A stretch of 64,000 bases of DNA from Eledone cirrhosa (lineage: Eukaryota): positions 21,328,001 through 21,392,000 of the forward strand of contig OZ024741.1 in assembly GCA_964016885.1 (NCBI GenBank). The letters are read 5' to 3'. A program made the position numbers and the translations under genes. Shown here one piece after another: positions 41,448 through 51,944 of the stretch. The notes beneath the pieces are model-generated. The model was not told the DNA's origin. It ran no database searches and saw only the letters and a program-made list of their open reading frames with translations. Positions within the stretch are counted from its first letter, which is position 1, and each line of letters begins with the position of its first letter.

Positions 41448-41685
41448 TTAATTGTTGCTAGGAACCTTACAAATATAATGCACAAAAATATACGATCAAA
41501 GCGAGAGAAAAAGAAAAGGAAGGGAAAACAAAAACGACCATCAATTCACCACCAAGTGCAACAATCGGCCGGCGCACTTGGTGGTGAATTGATGGTCGCT
41601 TTTGTTTCCTCTTTTTTCCTTCTAACTTTCGCTTTGGTCATATATTTTGGTGTGTTGTATTTGTGAGATTCCTAGCAATAGTTAA
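41448..41685. repeat. ~240-bp imperfect palindrome (foldback)
   Basis: Perfect 25-bp stem 41535-41559 / 41574-41598 with a 14-nt loop. The outer arms (TTGCTAGGAACCTTACAAATA.. / ..TATTTGTGAGATTCCTAGCAA) are diverged reverse complements. Confidence 0.9.
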
Positions 41686-41693
41686 CTTATAAA

Positions 41694-42750
41694 TACCACA
41701 GGGATCTGTTCTTGGCCCCCTTTTGTTTGTGGCATATATTAATGACATAGATGCCAACTTAAAGAATGCCACAGTACTGAAATATGCAGATGACATCAAG
41801 CTGTACCTTGAGATAAAAAGGATAGATCCTGAACAATATAGATCTTTCCTGCAATCAGACCTGGACACAATGCATCACTGACAGGCAACTCAAGTTGGCT
41901 GAGGACAAGTGTACCACCATGCATTTTGGAAGTAAAAACTCAGCGTCCACATACTCCCTCCGCAACACTAATATCAAGAAGTCTTCTTGTGAACGTGACC
42001 TGGGCATTACTGTCAGCAGCGATTTGCATTGGACGAAGTACGTCTCTAAAATTGTCAAGAAGGCTGAGGGTGTCTTAGCATCACTCAGCAAGACCTTTGT
42101 CAACCGTTCTCCAGCTATCTATTTAAAGCTGTATATAGCTATGGTGCGGCCACACTTAGAATTTGCATCACCAGTCTGGAACCCCTATCTTGCTCAGAAC
42201 ATTGACCGCCTGGAAACTGTTCAGAGATGTGCAACCAAGCGAATACCCATCAGGCATCTACATACTCCTTTTTGACTCCAATGTGTCTAATACACCTGGG
42301 CATGCCTACAAAGTCAGAAAACAACACAGCTCCCATGACTTTCGGGAACATTTTTTCACACTCAGAGTTGCTGAAGCATGGAACAAACTACCTGCATCAG
42401 TTGTTAGCTGTCGAGACACTGCATCCTTTAAAACCTCCATGGAACAAACTACCTGCATCAGTTGTTAGCTGTCGAGACACTGCATCCTTTAAAACCTCTA
42501 TGGAACAAACTACCTGCATCAGTTGTTAGCTGTCGAGACATTGCATCCTTTAAAACCTCCATGCTTCCTGAGATTCGCCAACACTGCACCTAATATTCCC
42601 CTTCCATACACATGCACACATGTATTTCATGACTCGTACACTGTTCATTTTCCTGACATTTGTATATTATTCTATGTACTATACATGCACCTTTGATGAG
42701 TTGTAGAGCACCTGAGCACTGTACACAATAATTTCATTATTATCATATTA
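41694..42750 (+). mobile_element. CR1-group LINE 3' fragment (RT domain to tail)
   Basis: PQGSVLGPLLFVAYIND..LKYADDIKLY, then ERDLGITVSSDL..LYIAMVRPHLEFASPVWNP, then FFTLRVAEAWNKLP; ends in an (ATT)n-like tail. Same family as 53100-53695. Confidence 0.9.
42377..42563 (+). repeat. 61-bp tandem triplication inside the CR1 fragment
   Basis: CATGGAACAAACTACCTGCATCAGTTGTTAGCTGTCGAGACACTGCATCCTTTAAAACCTC starts at 42377, 42438 and 42499. Confidence 0.95.
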
Positions 42751-42959
42751 AATGAAAATGAAAAACTTTGTATGGTTATCTTGGCAGTTTAGTAGTGTTG
42801 ATTACATATTTCTATTTATTTTTCATTGTTCTATAATGGTATATATAGGACTTCACTTTACTTCACTGTCTCTTGACCAGGGTCATTTGAACATTGCTTT
42901 GCAGCATATCTTGCTTGTCTGCAGCCAGAGACTACTTAAAGCTAAGTAAGCCCACAAAA

Positions 42960-44728
42960 CTGACAGGTCCAGCTTGACCAACAAGATAAACTGGGAAGTG
43001 TTGGTGGATGAAGAAGCCAGGACCAGGTTTGCAAATATTATTGCATCCAAATCCAAAGAACTCTCTAAGCAAACTGAGGACGGAATGGAGTGGAGACTGT
43101 TCAGCTCAGCAGTTTCTGCTTAGGGTGACAGTGGCTTGGTGTGGCACCAAATGGCAGGAGGATCTCCTTGTTCAATCAAGAGGTCAAAAATGCCATCTGA
43201 GCAAATAAAGAGGCCTACAAAACCTAGCTGAGAGATTTGTCCTCCTTCTTGTATTTGCACTGCTAGCTGATGGGAAAAGTCACAGGAGAAACAGTAAAGG
43301 CAACCAAAGTTAAGACATGGCAGGACTTTGGTGTTAAGCTGGAATCTGACTTCAGATCAGCAAATAAAGTGTTCTGGCAGACCGTCCACCAACAAAGTAA
43401 TAGGAAGTGCCCCTCCACCACCACGCCTTCTATTGGGAAAGAGTCTGGGGTTCTCTTCTCTTCAGAGAGGTGCATCTCTTAAACCTGGTCACAACACCAT
43501 CTTCTGAAGTACATGTGGTGCATCTGGGAGAGATGACTAATCTCTCAGAGGTGAGGTCACAAGAGCAATTACAGAGCTCAAATGTGCCAAACCATCTGGG
43601 GAAGATGAAATTTGGCATGAGATGTTAAAAGCCTTAAATAGAGGATTCTCTGGCTGACTCATGTGTGCCAGGTGGTCTGGATCTCTGGAAAGGTACCTAA
43701 GCAATGGCAATCAAGAGTGATAAGCCTTCTTCTATGCCTACTTATTCCTAAGAGGGTTGTTGGGGCAGGTCCTGTCAGAAGCAACCGTCTCCAATTGATC
43801 CGGCTGGATCCTCAAACGTGACCAGCCAAGCTCATGGATGTTATCCAACTATCTTGTTCAGGGTCTATCACTGTGTCTCCTGACGGTTGGTTTTGCCCAT
43901 AAAATCTATCCAGCGATTCTTTCCTGGGACATTCTAACCACATACCCATAGTATCGGAGCTGTGATCTCTCAATTCTGGAGTGACTCTCTGATCTCCAAG
44001 CTATGCCCTCTATTGAGTGCTCCCAAGTTAGTTATATTACTAAATCTCTTCAAATTCTTGATTATTTTCAAAATGATTTTTGTGTCTTTCATTAGAAATA
44101 TGGTAATGACTGGATTAAACCTTGAATATTCAGGACAATTAAAGTGAAATGCTGCTGCACACGACTTTTATGCACCAAATACATGTATGAGTGATGGAAG
44201 GTAGGAAGCTGAATTAAGTGCAAGAATTGCAAAAGCTGGTGCAGTAATGCGCCATCTTCAGCATTCAGTAATCAGAAGGGATGTAGGCATAAAAGCCAAA
44301 CTCACATCTTCAATTTAGTTTTTGTGCCAACTCTTACCTATGGTCATGAATCTTGGGTAATGACCAAAAGAATACAATCGTGAATACAAGCAGTCAAAAT
44401 GTGATTCCAGCAAAGGGTCATTGGAGTAACATTACTTGGAGATCAGAGTCACTCCAGGTAAAGCTGCTACTTCTGATAATTGAGAGGTCACAGCTCTGAT
44501 ACTGTGGTCATGTAGTTAGAATGTCACAGGAAAGAATCGCTGGACAGATTTTATGGGCAAAACCAACTGCCAAGAGACCCAGGGGTAGACCCTGAGCAAG
44601 ATGGTTGGATAACATCCATGAGCTTGGCTGGTCACACCTGGGGATCCATCTGAATCAGTTGGAGACAGTTGTTTTTGACAGGACCTGCTGGAAGGAGTGT
44701 TTGAGGACTCTGAGGAATAAGTGGGTGA
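42960..44728 (+). mobile_element. Decayed RTE (Rex3/Expander-like) LINE fragments, with an opposite-strand 3' piece at ~43725-44010
   Basis: Remnants WQDFGVKLESDFRSANKVFWQTV, PTLTYGHESWVMT and IERSQL..GHVVRMSQER..RPRGRP..WLDNIHELGWSHLGI; many stops. Confidence 0.7.
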
Positions 44729-44795
44729 AGAAGAAGAAAAAGAAAAAGAAAAAGAAAAAGAAAAAGAAAAAGAAAAAAGAAAAAGAAGAAAAAGA
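44728..44795 (+). repeat. (AAAAAG)n microsatellite
   Basis: Directly visible. Confidence 0.95.
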
Positions 44796-45084
44796 TCTTT
44801 CCAAAGGAAATAAATAAATTTCCTAGGTAATATGTTTGATAAAATAAAGTACAAGTCAAGTACTATAATTGACTTTGCCTTCTCACCAATTTTCTGGCCT
44901 TGTGCCTAAATTAGAAACCATTATTAGAGTACTTCTTAGGATTGGGCTGAAATACTTGCCTGAGGTGTGCGTGTAGGGGGGGGGGGGGGGGGCTTCTCTG
45001 AATACCTTCTGCTGTCCAACAGTGAAAGTAAAGCTAAAATATAATGGAATTAAAGACAAACCCATATTGTATTCAATTAGATAG

Positions 45085-45090
45085 TTTATT
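45085..45090 (-). promoter_or_regulatory. Candidate polyadenylation signal AATAAA for PSAT1
   Basis: TTTATT on the + strand, 6 nt beyond the stop codon. The context is AT-rich, so it may be chance. Confidence 0.35.
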
Positions 45091-45096
45091 TTTTAC

Positions 45097-45214
45097 TTAA
45101 TTTTCTTTCTCAAAATGATTTTCTAAAGCAAAATCTTTCATAAAACGGACAAGTTTCTCAACATCTACCATAGAGACTGCATTATAAAGTGAAGCACGAA
45201 AACCACCAATTGAC
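45097..45214 (-). CDS. PSAT1: Phosphoserine aminotransferase, last coding exon (118 nt including TAA)
   Basis: (R)[38 protein letters not shown]; matches the GHRSVGGIRASLYNA motif; CAG acceptor at 45215-45217. Confidence 0.95.
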
Positions 45215-45659
45215 CTGCAATAAACAGAAAAAAAAACAAATAAGAAAAATTTCTGAGTGAAAATGATTACATTTCAATAAAGTAGTTGGTGTAGGAAGGG
45301 CATGAAACCATACCAAAATCAGCAAGACAGTCATCTGAACAAGCTAACCGCAGAACAAGCAATCCAGCTGACCAATAACAACATCGATAACAGACGTAAA
45401 ACAATGATATGAGATATTTTTAAGGTTTAGAGATGAAAGTTTTGGGGTTACAAATAAATAAAATTAGTACAAAATTAAATTTTAAGATCTTGCATGCGCA
45501 AAACTTCAGCTGAAGTTGAAATCTGAAAATTGGTCGGACTTTTAAGAGCTTTACATATTCAGAGAATATGGTACAAATTTCATTTCATTTCACTCACTAT
45601 TTCACCCCCCACCCCCACCCAACCACACACACATACATTCCTGGCAGCCCCTCCCCCAT

Positions 45660-46015
45660 CGTGAAGTGGTTGGTGATAGGAAGGGCTTCCAGTCATGTCA
45701 AGGGCATGACAGCCTCCCTAGAGTTGGTGATCTTCATGATAAACATACCTAGTACACACTGTAAAGTAGTTGGTGACAGGATGGGTATCCAGCCATAGAA
45801 AACCTGCCAGACAAAGGGTTGGGAGGACCCTCAGTTGTGTCAAAGACATGACAACATCATCTGAGCTCTTGATGGAATATGAGACCGTAAATAAGTGAGA
45901 CACAGATGCCTGGCTTGCTTGGGAGATCAATAGCACTGCTTTAGTATGGACTTCGTCTATATAGACATGACCAACCCTTGCTAGCATGGAAAGCAGACAT
46001 TAAAATGACAATGAT
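45660..46015 (+). mobile_element. Non-autonomous element with RTE-type 3' tail
   Basis: GTGGTTGGTGATAGGAAGGG.. body and ACCCTTGCTAGCATGGAAAGCAGACATTAAAATGA tail; homologous to 63541-63965. Confidence 0.7.
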
Positions 46016-46025
46016 ATATACATAT

Positions 46026-46700
46026 GTCACTCTTTCCTACATGTCTCAGTCTTTGGTGTCCTTTTACATCACGGATCACAGGCCTCGCATACCAGGACTG
46101 AACAGAGTCTGAATTTCCACCTTGGGTCCTGTTTCCCGCCTGGACTCAACTCCTCTCCCCAATTTCCTTAATATTACACATATACGTTCATGCTTCCTTC
46201 ACTACCCCCCCCCCCCCCCCGTCATGTCATGTTTACCCTGTCCGTTATCACACACGTGCTTATTCATTCACTCCTAGATTCCTATGGCTCTCTTATATGA
46301 TCAGAAACATATACTCTTACAGCTGATACAGACCAACAAAATACATGCACACACCTCTACTTTTCCATTCACAGCTCTGTATACACATGTGCGCGAGGCC
46401 TGTGATCTGTGATGTAAAAGGACACCCAGGACTGAGACATGTAGGGAAGAGTGACCATGGAAATGACAGGCGATGGGAGTATCCATACCGAGACGTATGT
46501 CCCTAAATGTTCAGTAAAACGGTCCGCCAAATGGCATCCTGTTTGTCCGATGTATTAAGACTCGCAAAGGGAACACTGGAGGGCATAGACAGCGTGGGTG
46601 GAGGTGCAGGAGTGATGGATACGGAATGAACTGTTGGTGCTTAATTTCTCATTCTTCCTTCTGATGAAGGACTAGTGTCAGAAACGTTAAGACCCTCTTC
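46026..46700. mobile_element. Penelope-like element remnants (GIY-YIG endonuclease end) in inverted arrangement
   Basis: Minus strand ~46393-46650 reads CTSTHAVYALQCSLC..YIGQTGCHLADRFTEH and DTPIACHFHGHSSLHVSVLG. Plus strand ~46026-46150 reads HSFLHVSVFGVLL..RTEQSLNFHLGSCFPPGLN. About 60 bp are shared in inverted orientation. Confidence 0.8.
46658..46691 (+). ncRNA. Minimal hammerhead-ribozyme-like motif (Penelope-associated)
   Basis: CTT-CTGATGA-AGGAC-TAGT-GTCA-GAAA-CGTTA-AG: conserved CUGANGA and GAAA cores with short stems. Stem II carries a mismatch. Confidence 0.55.
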
Positions 46701-46781
46701 CTGCTATTTCAAGACTTAAACTTATATATTCCTTCCGTATACTGTACTGACTGTGTTGTTATTTGTGTTTAACTTATAATA

Positions 46782-46845
<64 letters not shown>

Positions 46846-46865
46846 AAAGGAATTGAGAGAGAGAC

Positions 46866-47497
46866 ATGTGTAACAGTAATATACGTGAACGACAAAGCAT
46901 AAAGGAATTGAGAGAGAGACTGAGCATAAGAGGAATCAAATGCTGCGTGCAGGAGAGGCGGTTACGCTGGTATGGACATGTGATGCGTATGAAGGATGAT
47001 AGCTGCATAAAAAGGTGCAGAGCACTAGAAGTTGATGGAAACCGCGGAGTGGGGAGACCCAAGATGACTTGGGATGAGGTGATAAAAGCCGACCTTACCC
47101 AACTACACCTCTCAAAGTCAATGACACACGACCGTGACTTCTGGCGTCACGCAGTAATACAGGGTACCCGACCTCCCATGGGTACATGCTGAAGCATATA
47201 AACAATATGCCCCCACACACCCCACAGCAAGGTGGTCGTGGAGGTGCCACGGCAAAAAAGCACCCAGCCCACACTGTAAAGTGGACGTGTAGGCGCCACG
47301 AAAAAGCACCCAGCACTCACTGTAAATGAGGTTGGTGTTAGGAAGGGCATCCAGCTGTAGAAATCAAGCCAGATCAGTTCCTGTATGAGCAAGGCATGGT
47401 CAGCCGACCAGACACTGCCCACAACAGGACAACCCGTCTAACCCATGCTAGCGTGGAAGAACGGACGTAAAACGGTGATGATGATGATGATGATGAT
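46866..47497 (+). mobile_element. RTE-clade LINE 3' fragment
   Basis: ORF MCNSNIRERQ..RRLRWYGHVMRMKDDSCIKRC..GRPKMTWDEVIKADL plus 3'UTR and (GAT)n tail; preceded by (TA)n. Confidence 0.9.
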
Positions 47498-47612
47498 TTA
47501 TTAAAATAATAGATTAAAGTTTAAGCAAAGAATCGCTGCTTTCACCGTTAACGGGATCTTCTGAAACTAACAAAGTCAATCTGTAAACGCAGAAGTGAAT
47601 ATATATATATAA

Positions 47613-48040
47613 CATCATCATCATCTTCATCTTCGTTTAACGTCCATTTTCCACGCTAGCATGGGTTAGACGGAAGTTGTCCCACTTGAAGCAAAGTTGG
47701 TCGGGTGACTGTGTTTAGCTTGTATAGGACTATCTGGCAGGTTTTCTACGGCTGGATGCCCTTCCTAACACCAACCACATTTACAGTGTGGAACTGGGAA
47801 CTTTTTACCGTGCTACCTACACGGCCACATTACAGCATGGACTGTGTGTTTTTTCTCTCGTGACACCTACACAATCTCGATCTCATTATCTCATTTATTT
47901 GGACTGGATGTTGTGGTACCAACTTTACAGAGAAAGGGTGGTGTTGGTGGGAATGGGAGAATGGGGTAGGGGTAGTGGATTGGGGTGTATATTTGGTTAA
48001 GAGGTACCTACTGACTGTAGGTTTCGCTTTGTACACATAG
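47613..48040 (-). mobile_element. RTE-tailed non-autonomous repeat; left arm of a long inverted repeat
   Basis: Reverse complement of 48512-48930 along its whole length. Confidence 0.85.
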
Positions 48041-48461
48041 TGCTGGGCCCATGGTACCATGTGATGACAAGTGCAGAGAGATCTCCAGATATAAAGCAAT
48101 ACCTGTGCCGTGAAGCTTTTATAGTGAGCAAAGGCACTGCACAAAGCCAGTCCCACTCTCTTAACCAAGATGATATTTACCAAAAAGAAGAACAAGTCAT
48201 CATTGGATACCATCAGGGTTGCAGGTGTTATATCAGAGTTTTACTTCTCCTAGAATTCTGCCTTGACAAAGGCTAAGGGGTCATCTCTCTCGGTGATTTT
48301 GGATGGCCATTGAGTCTTAAGAGCTCCTTTGCCCTTTGACAGGTTTTGTTTTTAGTCCTGCAGGATGTCCAAAGTCACCCTCCTCATCAAGAATCCTTGG
48401 TGGGGTTGCCAGTTTAGTCGCCAACGACCCGACCATGAGACAGGTTGTACTGGGAACATAC

Positions 48462-48496
<35 letters not shown>

Positions 48497-48511
48497 GAAG
48501 ACCCGCCTTGC

Positions 48512-48930
48512 CTATGTACAAATCGAAACCTAGTCAGTAGGCACCTCTTAACCAAATATACACCCCAATCCACTACCCCTACCCTATCCTCCCACTCCCA
48601 CCAACACCACCCCCTCTCTATAAAGTTGGTACCACAACATCCAGTCCAAGTAAATGAAATAATGAGATCGAGCTTGTGTAGGTGTCACGAGAAAAACACA
48701 CAGTCCACGCTGTAATGTGGCCGTGTAGGTAGCACAGTAAAAAGTTCCCAGTTCCACACTGTAAATGTGGTTGGTGTTAGGAAGGGCATCCAGCTGTAGA
48801 AAACCTGCCAGATAGTCCTATATGAGCGAGACACGGTCACCCGACCAACCTTGCCTCAAGTGGGACAACTCCTGTCTAACCCATGCTAGCGTGGAAAGTG
48901 GACGTTAAACGAGGATGATGATGATGATGA
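48512..48930 (+). mobile_element. RTE-tailed non-autonomous repeat; right arm of a long inverted repeat
   Basis: Ends in TCTAACCCATGCTAGCGTGGAAAGTGGACGTTAAAC(GAT)n. A partial third copy lies at 49621-49845 on the minus strand. Confidence 0.85.
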
Positions 48931-48938
48931 TATATATT

Positions 48939-49000
<62 letters not shown>

Positions 49001-49386
49001 GAGGTATGTGGCTTAATGGTTAGAGCATTGGCCTTGCAATCGAAAGGTTGTGAGTTCAATTCTCAGACCGGGTGATGTGCTGTTTCCTTGAGCAAGACAC
49101 TTTATTTCATATTGCTCCAGTTTACTCAACTGTAGAAATGAGATGATAGGACTGGGGTCCCTATCATTCCACTGCAAAATGGTCGTTGAGGTGCCACGGC
49201 AAAAAAAAGCACCCAACCCACACTGTAAAGTGGATGTGGAGGTGCCATGGAAAAAAAGGACCCAGCACTCACTGTAAACGAGGTTGGTGTTAGGAAGGGC
49301 ATTCAGCTGTAGAAATCAAGCCAGAATCAGTTCCCGTCCCACCCTTGCAAGCAGGGAAAAGCGGACGTAAAATGATGATGATGATA
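49001..49386 (+). mobile_element. tRNA-derived SINE with CORE-like domain and RTE-type tail
   Basis: A-box TGGCTTAATGG, B-box GAGTTCAATTCTC, CORE-like TTCCTTGAGCAAGACACTTTATTTC..CTGTAGAAATGAG. The 3' part is the near-identical reverse complement of 61395-61625. Confidence 0.8.
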
Positions 49387-49440
49387 CATATATATATATA
49401 TACATTTACATACATACACACATATATATATGTATATATA

Positions 49441-49494
49441 AAAAGAGTCAGGACCCCAATGGCTGAGCTCAGCCATCGGGGTCCTGACTCTTTT
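49441..49494. repeat. ~54-bp near-perfect palindrome
   Basis: AAAAGAGTCAGGACCCCAATGGCTGAG|CTCAGCCATCGGGGTCCTGACTCTTTT, one mismatch and no loop. Confidence 0.95.
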
Positions 49495-49586
49495 TCTATT
49501 ACCCACTCTACTACCCCAAGTATTGAGTACTTGGTGCGTTATGGTCCACCTGGTATCTTGCCACACCTTCTTTGTTGTTTTATATA

Positions 49587-49624
<38 letters not shown>

Positions 49625-49852
49625 CATCATCATCATCATCATCGTTTAACGTCTAACTTCCACGTTAGCATGGGTTTAGACGGGAATTGTCCCACGTGAG
49701 GCAAGATTGGTTGTTTTGCTCGTATAGGACTGTATGGCGGGTTTTCTACGGCTGGATGCCCTTCCTAACACCAACCACGTTTACAGTGTCGACTCGGAGG
49801 TTTTTACCGTGTTACCTATACGGCCACATTAAAGCGTGGACTGTATATATAT

Positions 49853-50098
49853 AAATTAGAAATAGAAGCTTTCACCATATTTTTAACTAAAGAAATATTA
49901 GCCTGATAGTTGGGTTTAGAACCCTCAGAGAAATCATGTGTTGGTGTAATAGTAGCACAGCGGTCTGGTTAACAAAAGATGTGGGTTCGACTTCCATGTA
50001 CATCAATACTCATCTTTTTCCATTTCTTAGAGGGTTCTAAACCACACTATCAGGTAAAAATCAGTCAAAAATATGGTGAAAACTTCTATTTCTAATTT
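49853..50098. repeat. ~70-bp inverted repeats enclosing a tRNA-like segment
   Basis: Arms 49853-49926 and 50030-50098. The spacer contains TGGTGTAATAGTAGC and GGGTTCGACTTCC. Confidence 0.8.
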
Positions 50099-50243
50099 TC
50101 AAACTCGCTCACTGTTTCAAAAACATACTTGTCATATATATATATAAATATATAAAGTAAAATAAAGAACACTGTCACAATCAACCCTTGCTAGCAGGGA
50201 GAATAAGTGTTGAATGATGATGATGATGATGACATATACTTAC

Positions 50244-50381
50244 CTATGGCCTGTTAAACCAATCAGGTTTTCTTCAGCAGCTTCTTTACAGAATTTCTTC
50301 TCCAATTCACTCCTTCTACTAACTGAACCAATTTTGAAGATAATGTTCGTTCGACTGCGGACACTTTTGTCAACAGGACAT
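50244..50381 (-). CDS. PSAT1: Phosphoserine aminotransferase exon (138 nt)
   Basis: CPVDKSVRSRTNIIFKIGSVSRRSELEKKFCKEAAEENLIGLTGH(R); AG acceptor, GTAAGT donor, phase consistent with neighbours. Confidence 0.95.
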
Positions 50382-50544
50382 CTTTAAAGCAATATATTAC
50401 AGAATTAGTTTAATAATTTTACTAATAATAATAGCTTCAAATATTTGTATTTTATATTACATATGCAAGCATTGGAAAGTGGACATAAAAAACGATGAAA
50501 CGAGGATGGTAGGGGTGAGCACCCTAGTGTTGTAATAAAGTAGT

Positions 50545-51462
50545 GCTGGTGCCATGATGAAAGGCACCCAGTCCACCCTGTTAAGTGGTAATGCTGGTGC
50601 CATCATGAAAGGCACCCAGTCCACCCTGTTAAGTGGTAATGCTGGTGCCATGATGAAAGGCACCCAGTCCACCCTGTTAAGTGGTAATGCTGGTGCCATC
50701 ATGAAAGGCACCCAGTCCACCCTGTTAAGTGGTAATGCTGGTGCCATGATGAAAGGCACCCAGTCCACCCTGTTAAGTGGTAATGCTGGTGCCATCATGA
50801 AAGGCACCCAGTCCACCCTGTTAAGTGGTAATGCTGGTGCCATGATGAAAGGCACCCAGTCCACCCTGTTAAGTGGTAATGCTGGTGCCATCATGAAAGG
50901 CACCCAGTCCACCCTGTTAAGTGGTAATGCTGGTGCCATCATGAAAGGCACCCAGTCCACCCTGTTAAGTGGTAATGCTGGTGCCATGATGAAAGGCACT
51001 CAGTCCACCCTGTTAAGTGGTAATGCTGGTGCCATCATGAAAGGCACCCAGTCCACCCTGTTAAGTGGTAATGCTGGTGCCATCATGAAAGGCACCCAGT
51101 CCACCCTGTTAAGTGGTAATGCTGGTGCCATGATGAAAGGCACTCAGTCCACCCTGTTAAGTGGTAATGCTGGTGCCATCATGAAAGGCACCCAGTCCAC
51201 CCTGTTAAGTGGTAATGCTGGTGCCATCATGAAAGGCACCCAGTCCACCCTGTTAAGTGGTAATGCTGGTGCCATCATGAAAGGCACCCAGTCCACCCTG
51301 TTAAGTGGTAATGCTGGTGCCATGATGGAAAGCACCCAGTCCACCCTGTTAAGTGGTAATGCTGGAAAGCACCCAGTCCACCCTGTTAAGTGGTAATGCT
51401 GGTGCCATGATGAAAGGCACCCAGTCCACCTTGTTAAGTGGTAATGCTGGTGCCATGATGGA
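50545..51462 (+). repeat. 48-bp minisatellite, ~19 copies
   Basis: Unit GCTGGTGCCATSATGAAAGGCACCCAGTCCACCCTGTTAAGTGGTAAT; ATG/ATC variants alternate in the first units; one unit near 51360 has an internal deletion. Confidence 0.97.
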
Positions 51463-51629
51463 AAGCCCCATGTCCAATATGTACCAAAGTGGTAATGCCA
51501 GAGTCACAATAAAATGCTCCAATTCCATGATGCAAAGTGGTTGGCATTAGGAAGAGCATCCAACTGTGAAAACCAAGCCAAAAGAGAGTTAATAAGTAGG
51601 ACATGGTCACCTGATTGGTCTGGCCTTAG

Positions 51630-51940
51630 CCTGTAGAGGACATACATAGACTGGAGAGAAATGAAGCAACCATGTTTTGTTGGATGTGCAATGTTAATGT
51701 GAAAGAAAGGCAGAGCTTGGAAGAGCTGAAGGGGAAGCTAGGTTTAAGAGGAATCTGAGGTGGTGTGCAGGAGAGAAGACTGCGTTGGTTTGGACATGTG
51801 ATGCACATGGACAATGACTGATGGATGAATAAATGCCAAGAAATCCCAGTGGAAGGTCAACCAAGAAAGACTTGGGCAGAGGTCGTGAGAGCAGACCTCA
51901 AATCACTAAGACTGGCAGAGGAGATGATTGAAGGAACGCA
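51630..51940 (+). mobile_element. RTE LINE fragment
   Basis: Remnants ERRLRWFGHVMHM and GQPRKTWAEVVRADL. Confidence 0.75.
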
Positions 51941-51944
51941 ACAA

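Noticed and set aside
49001-49075. Possible tRNA gene
   Set aside because: A and B boxes are present, but there is no convincing acceptor stem and the sequence continues into a SINE body and tail.
50457-51550. 280-aa and 180-aa repeat ORFs (MMKGTQSTLLSGNAGA)n
   Set aside because: They arise from a stop-free 48-bp retroposon-derived minisatellite inside a PSAT1 intron; both strands are open and no gene context exists.
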